From the IMG/VR virus record IMGVR_UViG_3300049893_000311, positions 1 through 62,278 of that record: DNA of 62,278 nt, one strand, 5' to 3'. Positions 14,445-22,365 of this stretch are shown piece after piece. Under the pieces are notes generated by a model that made no database searches, had not been told where the DNA came from, and was given only the letters and a program-made list of their open reading frames with translations. A program made the translations under genes and the position numbers. Every line of letters begins with the position of its first letter. The first letter of the stretch is position 1. The stretch is from a virus. Taxonomy: Duplodnaviria; Caudoviricetes.

Positions 14445-14651
14445 CTATTGTAGCACATCACCGGTCAGTAGGTCAAGTTGGCCCACAATTGGGGCGTAGG
14501 CACAGTCATCGTCAACGTCTGGACGATTATAGTCACTGACCTCACCACAGTATTTACACGTCAAATAATCTACCTCGTCTGGATCTAAGTTGTCCAGATC
14601 GTCCAGGTCCATGCCTGGAAAGATCGCCCTATCGTGCCATGCGTGCTTCAC
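14445..14651 (-). CDS. Hypothetical acidic protein with CxxC
   Basis: GTGA overlap with upstream stop. Confidence 0.6.
   Translation of the reverse strand: MKHAWHDRAIFPGMDLDDLDNLDPDEVDYLTCKYCGEVSDYNRPDVDDDCAYAPIVGQLDLLTGDVLQ
14447..14476 (-). promoter_or_regulatory. Promoter TTGACC-18-TACAAT; ATG-ACT-TAG at predicted +1
   Basis: TGn extended -10; ATG 6 nt downstream like other leaderless genes here. Confidence 0.7.
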
Positions 14652-14881
14652 CAGAAATCATACCCTTCGAATACTTCCCCCATCGCTGATACGGGGAAAC
14701 CTGATTTTGTGTAGTTGCACCAGCCAGAGTGCTTGCGCTTCTCAAAGCAGTACAGTGTCCTGCCAATCCACTCTATCTTGTCTGCACACCGGCCATGCCA
14801 GTCCTGTAGGTGAGCCATGTACTCCTGCTCTGTGAACCTTTCGTGGTCGATATTGCAGTTCTGATTGAACCGCTCTATCAT
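14648..14881 (-). CDS. Hypothetical protein (Cys/His-rich)
   Basis: AGGAGG SD. Confidence 0.7.
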   Translation of the reverse strand: MIERFNQNCNIDHERFTEQEYMAHLQDWHGRCADKIEWIGRTLYCFEKRKHSGWCNYTKSGFPVSAMGEVFEGYDFW

Positions 14882-14889
14882 CGTACCTC

Positions 14890-16677
14890 CTAGATCAGTC
14901 TCATGCGATCAAGGTAATCCTCGATCTCAGGGGGCATCCTCTTAGGTGCCTGAATCACACCCTCATCATACTCCCTCTTGTCCAAGTTGTCAATAGTAGT
15001 TAGATCACGAGGTTCGTAGATCTCAATGACCGGGTTAAGATCCTTCGGGGTCAAAGAAATTGCATTGAATATAGCACCACAGGTGGCGTCAGCCAAGTCC
15101 TTACTGCCTTGCCTTGGGTGGTCAACCTTGTCCTTATTGATCCTTAGTTTCAGAAGTTCCCTGATGAGGATGGGAAGGTGCGGTCCCTTTACCCTGTCCT
15201 CATAAACGGCCAGTGCCATATCCTCGTAATGCTTTTTAGCAACCGATAGAGTCTCAGACTTCAAACCATATTCACGGAGTTGCTGCATCATATCGTGGCT
15301 GTTCCAGCGGTCGAAGGTGACCATTCGGATATCGAAGCCGAGCCTCTTAAGGTTCAGAATGTAGTCCTTAACCTCTGTGAAATCAACCGATTTGTCTGAC
15401 GAAGGTGTCCAGTAACGTACCGCGTCAACAATAACATACGGAGCAATGATATTTGTCTGCCCCATGATCCTCTGATTCTTCCAGTGGTCAACGTGGGCCA
15501 TAGCAACAGCACAACGGTCATGCTTCTGAGCCAGGTCAACGTGAAGGTAGTAGGCCTTGTCATGCTCCGGCTTAAACCAGTCAGCGAACGATCCATGCTC
15601 TGTAATGGCAATGTTCATTTCTCGGAAAGCCTTCTCTACCTTTTCCTTAGACTTGAAGAATGCGTCGATGGCCTCGGGAGGCATGCACGCAAATCGAGAC
15701 AGAGCATCTACCGAGTCAGTGAGGAATGCGTTTTTCAGGTCGTCCAGGTTGATCAGTGGGTTAACCTCCCACGTTGGGCGCTTCATTGCGAACACCTTTG
15801 GGTACTTGTAGGAGATAATTCTATCCTCTTCCCACTCGATTGTGAACTCGTTATCTGGTAGCCCGCCCGGAAGTGACTCATCAATTTGGAAGGTGTAAGT
15901 TTGGATGACCGTTTCCTTGTCTGCAATAACTTCGTTGTACCTTTGCTGGATGAAGTCCTCTTTATATCGGGGGAAGGATAGCAGCAGAACCTTGCCGAAT
16001 TGCGGGAATCGTGAGTCTACGGAGCCCCTATACATCTTGTAGATGGCGTCAGCGGTCTTAGCGTTCTCGTTTCCAGACATATTCTCGATTGCGAAACCTG
16101 AAATCTCGTCAAGGATGACCAGGATAACGTTGTATCCCTCCCAGGACTCTCGCTCAGAGTGGCCGGAGTGTACGGTCACGTTCTTGATAAATGATACCGC
16201 GTCGGCCTTCTGTGTGTATTTACCTGCGAACCAGGGTGACTTTTCAATCCTGTTCTTGAAGCCCTTGAAGAAAACGTTGCGAGCCTGCTGGCTGTTAATA
16301 GCAATGTTCAGAATGTCAATGGAGTCGCCAGGTGGCTTTCCATAGTACCGCGCCGGGTCTTTTAAGCAGAGCAACAGATAAACGATATAAGCACACGCAA
16401 TTGTCGATGTATAGTCTTTCCCCGAACCCTTCCCCAACTGCATGATGATCTCGGTATATGTCTGCTTCCACCGCCTGTTTCCTTCCTCCGGGCCATAAAG
16501 GTTGATCAGCGTGTCATACTTATAAATCTGTGATGACGCCTCAATGATCTTATACTGATTCTCAGACAGCGGTGGAAGCCCCAAATACTTGTCAGAGGTA
16601 ACGAATTCCTTGACCGGAACCGGCCTTTCATCGAACTCGTCACCACTAAGAATATCTAGAAAGTCAGTCAGACTCAA
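14890..16677 (-). CDS. terL: Terminase large subunit
   Basis: Walker A GKGSGKD, Walker B VILDE, nuclease HVDLA, FDRWNS, KVDHP..GSKDLADA. Confidence 0.9.
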   Translation of the reverse strand: MSLTDFLDILSGDEFDERPVPVKEFVTSDKYLGLPPLSENQYKIIEASSQIYKYDTLINLYGPEEGNRRWKQTYTEIIMQLGKGSGKDYTSTIACAYIVYLLLCLKDPARYYGKPPGDSIDILNIAINSQQARNVFFKGFKNRIEKSPWFAGKYTQKADAVSFIKNVTVHSGHSERESWEGYNVILVILDEISGFAIENMSGNENAKTADAIYKMYRGSVDSRFPQFGKVLLLSFPRYKEDFIQQRYNEVIADKETVIQTYTFQIDESLPGGLPDNEFTIEWEEDRIISYKYPKVFAMKRPTWEVNPLINLDDLKNAFLTDSVDALSRFACMPPEAIDAFFKSKEKVEKAFREMNIAITEHGSFADWFKPEHDKAYYLHVDLAQKHDRCAVAMAHVDHWKNQRIMGQTNIIAPYVIVDAVRYWTPSSDKSVDFTEVKDYILNLKRLGFDIRMVTFDRWNSHDMMQQLREYGLKSETLSVAKKHYEDMALAVYEDRVKGPHLPILIRELLKLRINKDKVDHPRQGSKDLADATCGAIFNAISLTPKDLNPVIEIYEPRDLTTIDNLDKREYDEGVIQAPKRMPPEIEDYLDRMRLI

Positions 16678-17200
16678 CCCTGATTACAGTCCCCTCTGCC
16701 GTATTTGTAACCCTGCCAAGTTCCTTGCGAATAAAGGCGGCAGCGTCAGGATACTCATTCGCAACTGTGCGTAGAATATTAACAAGGATCTCCTGCTTAC
16801 GCTCAGTCTCCACAACCTGCTGAGCCAACTCCTGATTGTCCAGAAGTCCAGACTTCTGCAACATTTCGATCCTATTCTTCTCAATGTCAGAAATCATCTT
16901 TAGGGTCGAAGCCTTGACCTTTAGGTCGCTATTAGCGTTAGCCTCTTCGACAGTCTCCCAAAGCCGGTTGATAATCATGTTGTAGTGCTGATCTGTGGCT
17001 ACCAGGGCGTCCCTCGCCCGGTCAGCGATATGCTCACTGTTCCGCGCAAAATCCTGCCACTCAGCAATATACCTATTGACCTCGACCTGCTTAAGACCCA
17101 GTTCCTTGCTGATTGACCTAGGGGTTTCCCCCTTCAACATTCTCTCTACAACCTTGTTCATCATATCATAATGATCAACAAGGTCCAGATCACTCACCAA
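16664..17200 (-). CDS. HTH/helical protein, candidate terminase small subunit
   Basis: N-terminal HTH then helices, directly upstream of terL. Confidence 0.5.
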   Translation of the reverse strand: MVSDLDLVDHYDMMNKVVERMLKGETPRSISKELGLKQVEVNRYIAEWQDFARNSEHIADRARDALVATDQHYNMIINRLWETVEEANANSDLKVKASTLKMISDIEKNRIEMLQKSGLLDNQELAQQVVETERKQEILVNILRTVANEYPDAAAFIRKELGRVTNTAEGTVIRVESD

Positions 17201-17486
17201 CCTTTTTCCTCCTGCTACGCTTAGGCTTTACCTTTCGCTGGATTCTATCCAGGGAAAACGAGTGCCACGACCCACGAGATACGCTCATGCAATCAATCCA
17301 GGTCGTATCATTCTTAATGTGATGCGCTAACCTGAGAAAGTGGTATGTATCGCGGTCGAATTTAATTTTGATTTTATCACCTGGGACAATAATGTCATTC
17401 TTGAATTTCAATTCATATTCCACATAAACATTGTCATTGTTCCTATATGGAATATATTCAATTGGTGTACGCTTTTTAGAAGCCAT
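17190..17486 (-). CDS. Hypothetical protein
   Basis: 98-aa ORF with basic C-terminus. Confidence 0.75.
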   Translation of the reverse strand: MASKKRTPIEYIPYRNNDNVYVEYELKFKNDIIVPGDKIKIKFDRDTYHFLRLAHHIKNDTTWIDCMSVSRGSWHSFSLDRIQRKVKPKRSRRKKVGE

Positions 17487-17495
17487 TATCTTCCC

Positions 17496-17666
17496 TTATC
17501 TGTGCCCCCCGGCGGTGGGTGCCCACACAGTCCCGGTGAATGAAACAACTCTTTCGGTATTGGACTCACACTGACGGCAGCACGGCGGCTCATCCCTCTG
17601 TGCAATTACCCTGATATAAGTATCCCGATATCCACATTCGGTACACCTGTATTCATAAGTAGGCAT
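17496..17666 (-). CDS. FmdB-family zinc-ribbon protein (56 aa)
   Basis: Not in ORF track; MPTYEYRCTECG...CRQC; ATG 5 nt after TATAAT. Confidence 0.85.
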   Translation of the reverse strand: MPTYEYRCTECGYRDTYIRVIAQRDEPPCCRQCESNTERVVSFTGTVWAPTAGGHR

Positions 17667-17672
17667 GATTAA

Positions 17673-18224
17673 TTATACCATAACAATGCTGCCGAGTAAT
17701 TCTATAATTCGGTCAGCCCTTTCCTCTGCGGTACCATTAGGTACAGTGTGATAAAAGAAACCCAACTCGTCTGCGAAATCCCTAATGTAATAATCAATGG
17801 CGTCCTGGTAGTTAACGTCCCCATCCCTGGTCCCATCCTCTTCCGGATGAAATGTTACAGGGAAGTAAAATAGTGCCGTGTATCTCCACATGGTATTACG
17901 AACAAGGTTCTTAGACTCATTGATGTAAATGTCATGTGTCTCCTGCCAAATGTTGTCTATCTGATACTGAGTGTATGCCAACGAGTCTAGTGGCGTCCGG
18001 TCGGCCACATAAAGCCCAGGGGTTCCAGAATAGTGCATCGCCTGGTTCCCACGAGCCGTGGTAATCAGCAACTGGCTCAGATGTGATGCCTCTCTATTGA
18101 TGGGCATAACCTCCCCGACGTCACGCGACTTAGAGGTCAGAGCAGTGCAGCCAGTCTTTTCACTAATAATGTCTGCTGTAGTTGTCTTGCCGGTTCCATG
18201 CGAACCAAAAAATCCTATGATCAC
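17673..18224 (-). CDS. P-loop nucleotide-kinase-like protein (AAA_28/NadR type)
   Basis: GSHGTGKTT, DRTPLD, EEDGTRD; GTGA-overlap start. Confidence 0.8.
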   Translation of the reverse strand: MIIGFFGSHGTGKTTTADIISEKTGCTALTSKSRDVGEVMPINREASHLSQLLITTARGNQAMHYSGTPGLYVADRTPLDSLAYTQYQIDNIWQETHDIYINESKNLVRNTMWRYTALFYFPVTFHPEEDGTRDGDVNYQDAIDYYIRDFADELGFFYHTVPNGTAEERADRIIELLGSIVMV

Positions 18225-18379
18225 TTTAACTTCCTTGGGTTTAGTATTAGTCCAAACTTGACTAGGTGGTTGTAGATCGTCTGGCCGGAGCATCCTGCTT
18301 CCTTAGCCATCTCGTCTAGGCTCTTCCTCTGAACAGTATACCTCAGATAGAGCCAGTCCCGCGACTTGTAAAGTTTCAT
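18221..18379 (-). CDS. Small HTH DNA-binding protein (52 aa)
   Basis: Not in ORF track; MKLYKSRDWL...SLDEMAKEAGCSGQTIYNHL; overlaps both neighbours' start/stop. Confidence 0.8.
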   Translation of the reverse strand: MKLYKSRDWLYLRYTVQRKSLDEMAKEAGCSGQTIYNHLVKFGLILNPRKLK

Positions 18380-18945
18380 CGTGTCATCTCCTCGTAGGCG
18401 TAGAACGCCACTCCAATAGCGTCAGCCACATCGTTGTCATCATTGATGATATCATACTCGTCATTGAAATAGTCTATCGTGTACTGCTTCCTAAGCCTAC
18501 GAATTTCTTCCTTTATCCAAGAGTCGGACTTTCCAGGGTTGTTTGCCTTAAGTTCGGCCTTCTCCGCTTTAGTCCAATTCTTATTTCCAATATACGACTG
18601 CCAACTGATTGGCGGAACCTCTACAACAGTGGTGTGGTCCCTAAGCACCGACGCGATTACGACACCTAGGGCCATGCCCATCTTGATTGCTGTACCGACG
18701 CCAGAGCGGGCCATGATAGCCTTTTCTACAGCGATGTAGTCAACCTCAAACTGGTCGCTCAGCGCCAGCAACTTAGCCTGCGAGTCAGCCAGTCTATCGT
18801 AGGCAGAGTTTCCATCGAAGAAAATCTTACCATACTTTATTAAGTGCCCATCCTGAATAATAGCAAAGGCAAGGCTATGGGTGGACGAATCTATCCCCAT
18901 AACCGTAGTCTGCTTCTCTTTGACCAGTGTAGATATTATTCCCAC
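18376..18945 (-). CDS. ruvC: RuvC-like Holliday junction resolvase
   Basis: GIDSS, AVEK, DNDVADAIG acidic motifs. Confidence 0.8.
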   Translation of the reverse strand: MGIISTLVKEKQTTVMGIDSSTHSLAFAIIQDGHLIKYGKIFFDGNSAYDRLADSQAKLLALSDQFEVDYIAVEKAIMARSGVGTAIKMGMALGVVIASVLRDHTTVVEVPPISWQSYIGNKNWTKAEKAELKANNPGKSDSWIKEEIRRLRKQYTIDYFNDEYDIINDDNDVADAIGVAFYAYEEMTR

Positions 18946-19232
18946 ACAATCACCGCTATCTGATTCATGAGAAGCGTCTTTCCGTCCTCGACAGTCCTTG
19001 CTTCACAGGCTGAACACACCTTGCCAAGATTATACTTGGACAGGGTGGCCGAGCATTCCTTGCACCGCCTGGGCGCACCTGATCGCAGACGCTTGTTCTC
19101 ATAATATCTGTCCATGATTTTGCGGTTAGTCGCCTCCCGGCAACACTTATCAGAACAGTATTTTTGATTGTGAGTTTTCTTTTTAAAGGTATTCTCGCAA
19201 CCATCATTAGCGCAGATGTTGCTATACTCCAC
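18936..19232 (-). CDS. Cys-rich Zn-binding protein
   Basis: Multiple CxxC, KYCS..C. Confidence 0.75.
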   Translation of the reverse strand: MEYSNICANDGCENTFKKKTHNQKYCSDKCCREATNRKIMDRYYENKRLRSGAPRRCKECSATLSKYNLGKVCSACEARTVEDGKTLLMNQIAVIVWE

Positions 19233-20017
19233 TAAGGCTTAGGCACCTCCAATACCGGCAACTCTACTACACCAGGCCCGAATTCTTCGAAGCAGGCCTT
19301 CTGCACAGGGCAGCCTTGACACACCTTAGCGTTCTTCCTTGTCCACGGACGTACAGGCAACTGGCCATCTTTGTATGCGTCGAAAGTATTTTCCATCCAC
19401 TCAAAGAGGTAGTTGACGATTTCCTTGTTCCGCTCGCTTACCACGATTGGAATGACCAGGATCTCCTGCGTGTCCTTGTTCTCATAAAGAAGAAATCCCT
19501 CGCGGGATTTTGTAAGTTTTAGGTAAATTAGAAACTGGACGAAGTGGCTATCGGAAGGCTTCCCCGTATTTGTCCTAAACTGGAAACTGTTACTGTTCGC
19601 AGTCTTGACCTCTACAGGGAGATCCATTTCCTTCCAGTCGATGATAGCATCAATAAACCCTCTGATTGGAGGGTATTCGTTCGTTACTTCTAATTCCTTG
19701 TGCTTTAGCACACCCATAGTCTCTAGGTTGGCCTGAATTCGCTCGTGCGAATACGAACCATTGTCCATGTTGGCCAGCGACTTCGAATCGAACGTGTCAT
19801 CGAAGTGGGCTCCGGTGAAGGCTATGAACCAATACCGAGGGCACGTCCCGTGCCCATACCCTAGGGTAGATGGTGAAAATGACTTCTTCCTCTTGAATCC
19901 AGACCTGTTTCCAGCATCGACATAGGACTTCTCATATGCCTTAATGAACTCTTGGGGATCAAATTCGCCAGGCCCCTGACGCTGCATCATGCCAATAATG
20001 CTCTTCTCTTTGGCCAT
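19232..20017 (-). CDS. Cas4-like PD-(D/E)xK exonuclease
   Basis: CPRY, G...HE, GFID, EVKT, Q..IY, C..CP....C. Confidence 0.85.
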   Translation of the reverse strand: MAKEKSIIGMMQRQGPGEFDPQEFIKAYEKSYVDAGNRSGFKRKKSFSPSTLGYGHGTCPRYWFIAFTGAHFDDTFDSKSLANMDNGSYSHERIQANLETMGVLKHKELEVTNEYPPIRGFIDAIIDWKEMDLPVEVKTANSNSFQFRTNTGKPSDSHFVQFLIYLKLTKSREGFLLYENKDTQEILVIPIVVSERNKEIVNYLFEWMENTFDAYKDGQLPVRPWTRKNAKVCQGCPVQKACFEEFGPGVVELPVLEVPKP

Positions 20018-20023
20018 AATTAA

Positions 20024-20359
20024 TTATACCACTCCGTATCTCGCTGAATATTTCAGAGCATCCACAATCTTGTCCAATGCCTCAGACGTAGAGTAGTAGA
20101 CATTCTTTTTGTGTGCGTTGGACGATCCAGACGCACCCTTTTTAACCGTTGTATATATGACTGCCATAATCCTCATCTTGGCTGCGATGGCCTGCAACTT
20201 TACGATTAGCGGAATCGCCTTGGTCGCTGGAACCTCAGGGTATGAGATCAATTTCACAACAAGTGACAGAGCCTCATCCAGTTCCTTGTCGTCCATGAAG
20301 TCGTGCAGTTCAACGAACTCGTCAATCTGATTGATCAGAGACAGTGTATCCTCAGCCAT
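20024..20359 (-). CDS. Hypothetical helical protein
   Basis: ORF with GGAGG SD before MAEDTL. Confidence 0.75.
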   Translation of the reverse strand: MAEDTLSLINQIDEFVELHDFMDDKELDEALSLVVKLISYPEVPATKAIPLIVKLQAIAAKMRIMAVIYTTVKKGASGSSNAHKKNVYYSTSEALDKIVDALKYSARYGVV

Positions 20360-20654
20360 ACTTTTCCTCCCAAGCATCTCTCATCTGCTGAAACATTTCA
20401 TCTTCAATAACCCATAGTCTAGTTTTGTAGTTGCCTTCACCAAGGACAATCTTTAGGGCTGGTTCCCGCCTGCCCGACCGAAATGCGTCGTCGCAAATCT
20501 TAGCCCACACGTCCTTAGACAGTGAAAAGGACTTACCGTACTCTTTGATATCGTAACAGAATGGGCCCAGTAATGCATCCCCCTTTTGAATCTTACCCCT
20601 GCCGGAATTCTTCTGAGCCTTGCCGCCATCGCGCTTGATTTCTTCCTTCTCCAT
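20352..20654 (-). CDS. Hjc-like PD-(D/E)xK resolvase/nuclease
   Basis: E......G....NSG......GD.......D.KE pattern. Confidence 0.65.
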   Translation of the reverse strand: MEKEEIKRDGGKAQKNSGRGKIQKGDALLGPFCYDIKEYGKSFSLSKDVWAKICDDAFRSGRREPALKIVLGEGNYKTRLWVIEDEMFQQMRDAWEEKYG

Positions 20655-20842
20655 CAGATCTTAAAGGCAATACTGTTGTTGTGTCCGTCTGGACAATCCC
20701 AATACAACCTTTCCTCTCTGCGGTTATAGATAGCGCTGGCGACAACCTTAAAGCACACATCGCACTCAAAGGCCCCGGTGATGACTGAGCCGACGATCTT
20801 CTCCTGACGAGGCTGGTCGTCGGGGTCCCTGAACCTGCTCAT
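20654..20842 (-). CDS. Small Zn-finger protein (62 aa)
   Basis: CDVC...CPDGH; ATGA overlap with recA stop. Confidence 0.7.
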   Translation of the reverse strand: MSRFRDPDDQPRQEKIVGSVITGAFECDVCFKVVASAIYNRREERLYWDCPDGHNNSIAFKI

Positions 20843-21831
20843 GCTACCAGTTCCTTTAGAATCTTCTCCTGTAGCCCTAGATCCTGCCTCAGCAATTCTA
20901 GAGCCTTCACGCGGCCCTGAGCCTGCACACCGTCTACGGTATACCAAGCGCCCTTGCGCTGGACGATGCCGTACTTCTCAGCAATGTCGAGCAGTTCACC
21001 AACAGCGTCGATACCGATAAACTCTCCATCGTAGTAGAAGTCATAAGTTCCAGTGTGGTTAGGTGACCCTAACTTGTTGAACTCGATTAGCCAGTTCACC
21101 GGACGACCAACAGCCTGCTTGAAAATCTTATTGCCAACGTGAACCTCACCAGTCAACTGGTCAGCCTCACGAGCAGACGAGGTTAGCCTAATGGCTGTGC
21201 TACTAAAGAATGAAACCGCATTTCCACCAGTAGGCTTCTGACTCGCTCCGTATGAGTGAATCTGATTCCTGATCTGCGAGATTAGGACAAGTGCTGTGTG
21301 GCTGTTTGAATAGTTAAGCATACGAACAGCGTTAGCCATATCCCTAGCCTCAGAGCCGATCTGCTTGGTGCCTTCCAATTCCTTGAGTTCCTCGTCCTTA
21401 GAGAACCACGAGGTTGGAAGTAGTGATGAGATCGAGTCAACGACAATGATATCCACCCCTGCCTTCATAAGTTCTGTGCCCACCTCTGTCATATCAGCGA
21501 TGGTCTTTACTTCTGAAATAAGAAGTTTTTCACTATCGACGCCGAGCCTGGCTGCCCAGGCGGGGTCGTAAGACTGCTCTGCATCAATCCAGGCAGCAGA
21601 ATAACCCTTCTCCTGCGCCTGTCCGATCATTTGCAGACAGAAAGCAGACTTGCCAGAAGACTTATTGCCCCATAGGAGAGTCTGTCTCCCGAATCCAATT
21701 CCACCCTTTAGATCCTGATTCAAGGAAATGCTGGGTGTTGGTAACTTTTCGATAACGATTTCCGAGGCCGCATGGACCCTTTCCCTCGTTTTCGGACTTA
21801 AACCACCTATAATTTCTGAAACGTCTATCAA
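20839..21831 (-). CDS. recA: RecA/UvsX-like recombinase
   Basis: GNKSSGKS, IDAEQ, VVDS, SQIR, TGGNA, GAWY. Confidence 0.95.
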   Translation of the reverse strand: MIDVSEIIGGLSPKTRERVHAASEIVIEKLPTPSISLNQDLKGGIGFGRQTLLWGNKSSGKSAFCLQMIGQAQEKGYSAAWIDAEQSYDPAWAARLGVDSEKLLISEVKTIADMTEVGTELMKAGVDIIVVDSISSLLPTSWFSKDEELKELEGTKQIGSEARDMANAVRMLNYSNSHTALVLISQIRNQIHSYGASQKPTGGNAVSFFSSTAIRLTSSAREADQLTGEVHVGNKIFKQAVGRPVNWLIEFNKLGSPNHTGTYDFYYDGEFIGIDAVGELLDIAEKYGIVQRKGAWYTVDGVQAQGRVKALELLRQDLGLQEKILKELVA

Positions 21832-22043
21832 TCAAAGTCTCCTCTTTCCTCTATTGTACCATTCCAAGCAACATAAGGTCTATCCCAAAAAAGCGTATGG
21901 AGCCTTATGTCCTCCCCGTTCACATTGTCTAACGGGCAGGTTTCACACACGACAACTCCTAGCCTGCTGTGGCGAACATAGCCTTTAGCGCCTATCATTT
22001 CGCCGCATACCGCGCAATCTCTGAATCTATCCTCGTACGCCAT
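21828..22043 (-). CDS. Small Zn-binding hypothetical protein
   Basis: CAVC...CETC. Confidence 0.6.
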   Translation of the reverse strand: MAYEDRFRDCAVCGEMIGAKGYVRHSRLGVVVCETCPLDNVNGEDIRLHTLFWDRPYVAWNGTIEERGDFD

Positions 22044-22365
22044 GCTTGTGTGGCCTCTTCTTATTTTTCATTGACTTCTCGATGATCGCCCTGTCGAGAC
22101 TCAGATCCTTACTGATCTCCCCGGTCACCTTTAGACCCTCAAAGAGATCAAGAGTCCGAATAACCAAGTCTGCAATCTCTTCCAATATCTCATCTTCGCC
22201 CTTGTCCTTCCTAATAGCCTCCATGATCTCAGTCGCTTCCGAGTGGATCATGGCGATCTGCTTGGCATAGAAAATGAAGGGCTTGTCTGCATCAAAGTCG
22301 TTCCAGAACCCCTTTTCCATAGCGGTGGAGTTCAACTCTTTAGCCAATGTGTCCAACTTAGTCAT
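22027..22365 (-). CDS. MazG-like NTP pyrophosphohydrolase
   Basis: IHSE..E..EA.RK, EEIAD..IR..D, K...N..RP..HG. Confidence 0.85.
   Translation of the reverse strand: MTKLDTLAKELNSTAMEKGFWNDFDADKPFIFYAKQIAMIHSEATEIMEAIRKDKGEDEILEEIADLVIRTLDLFEGLKVTGEISKDLSLDRAIIEKSMKNKKRPHKHGVRG

Noticed and set aside
19232-20017. CRISPR-Cas system
   Set aside because: Stand-alone Cas4-like nuclease in a recombination module; no array or other cas genes seen.
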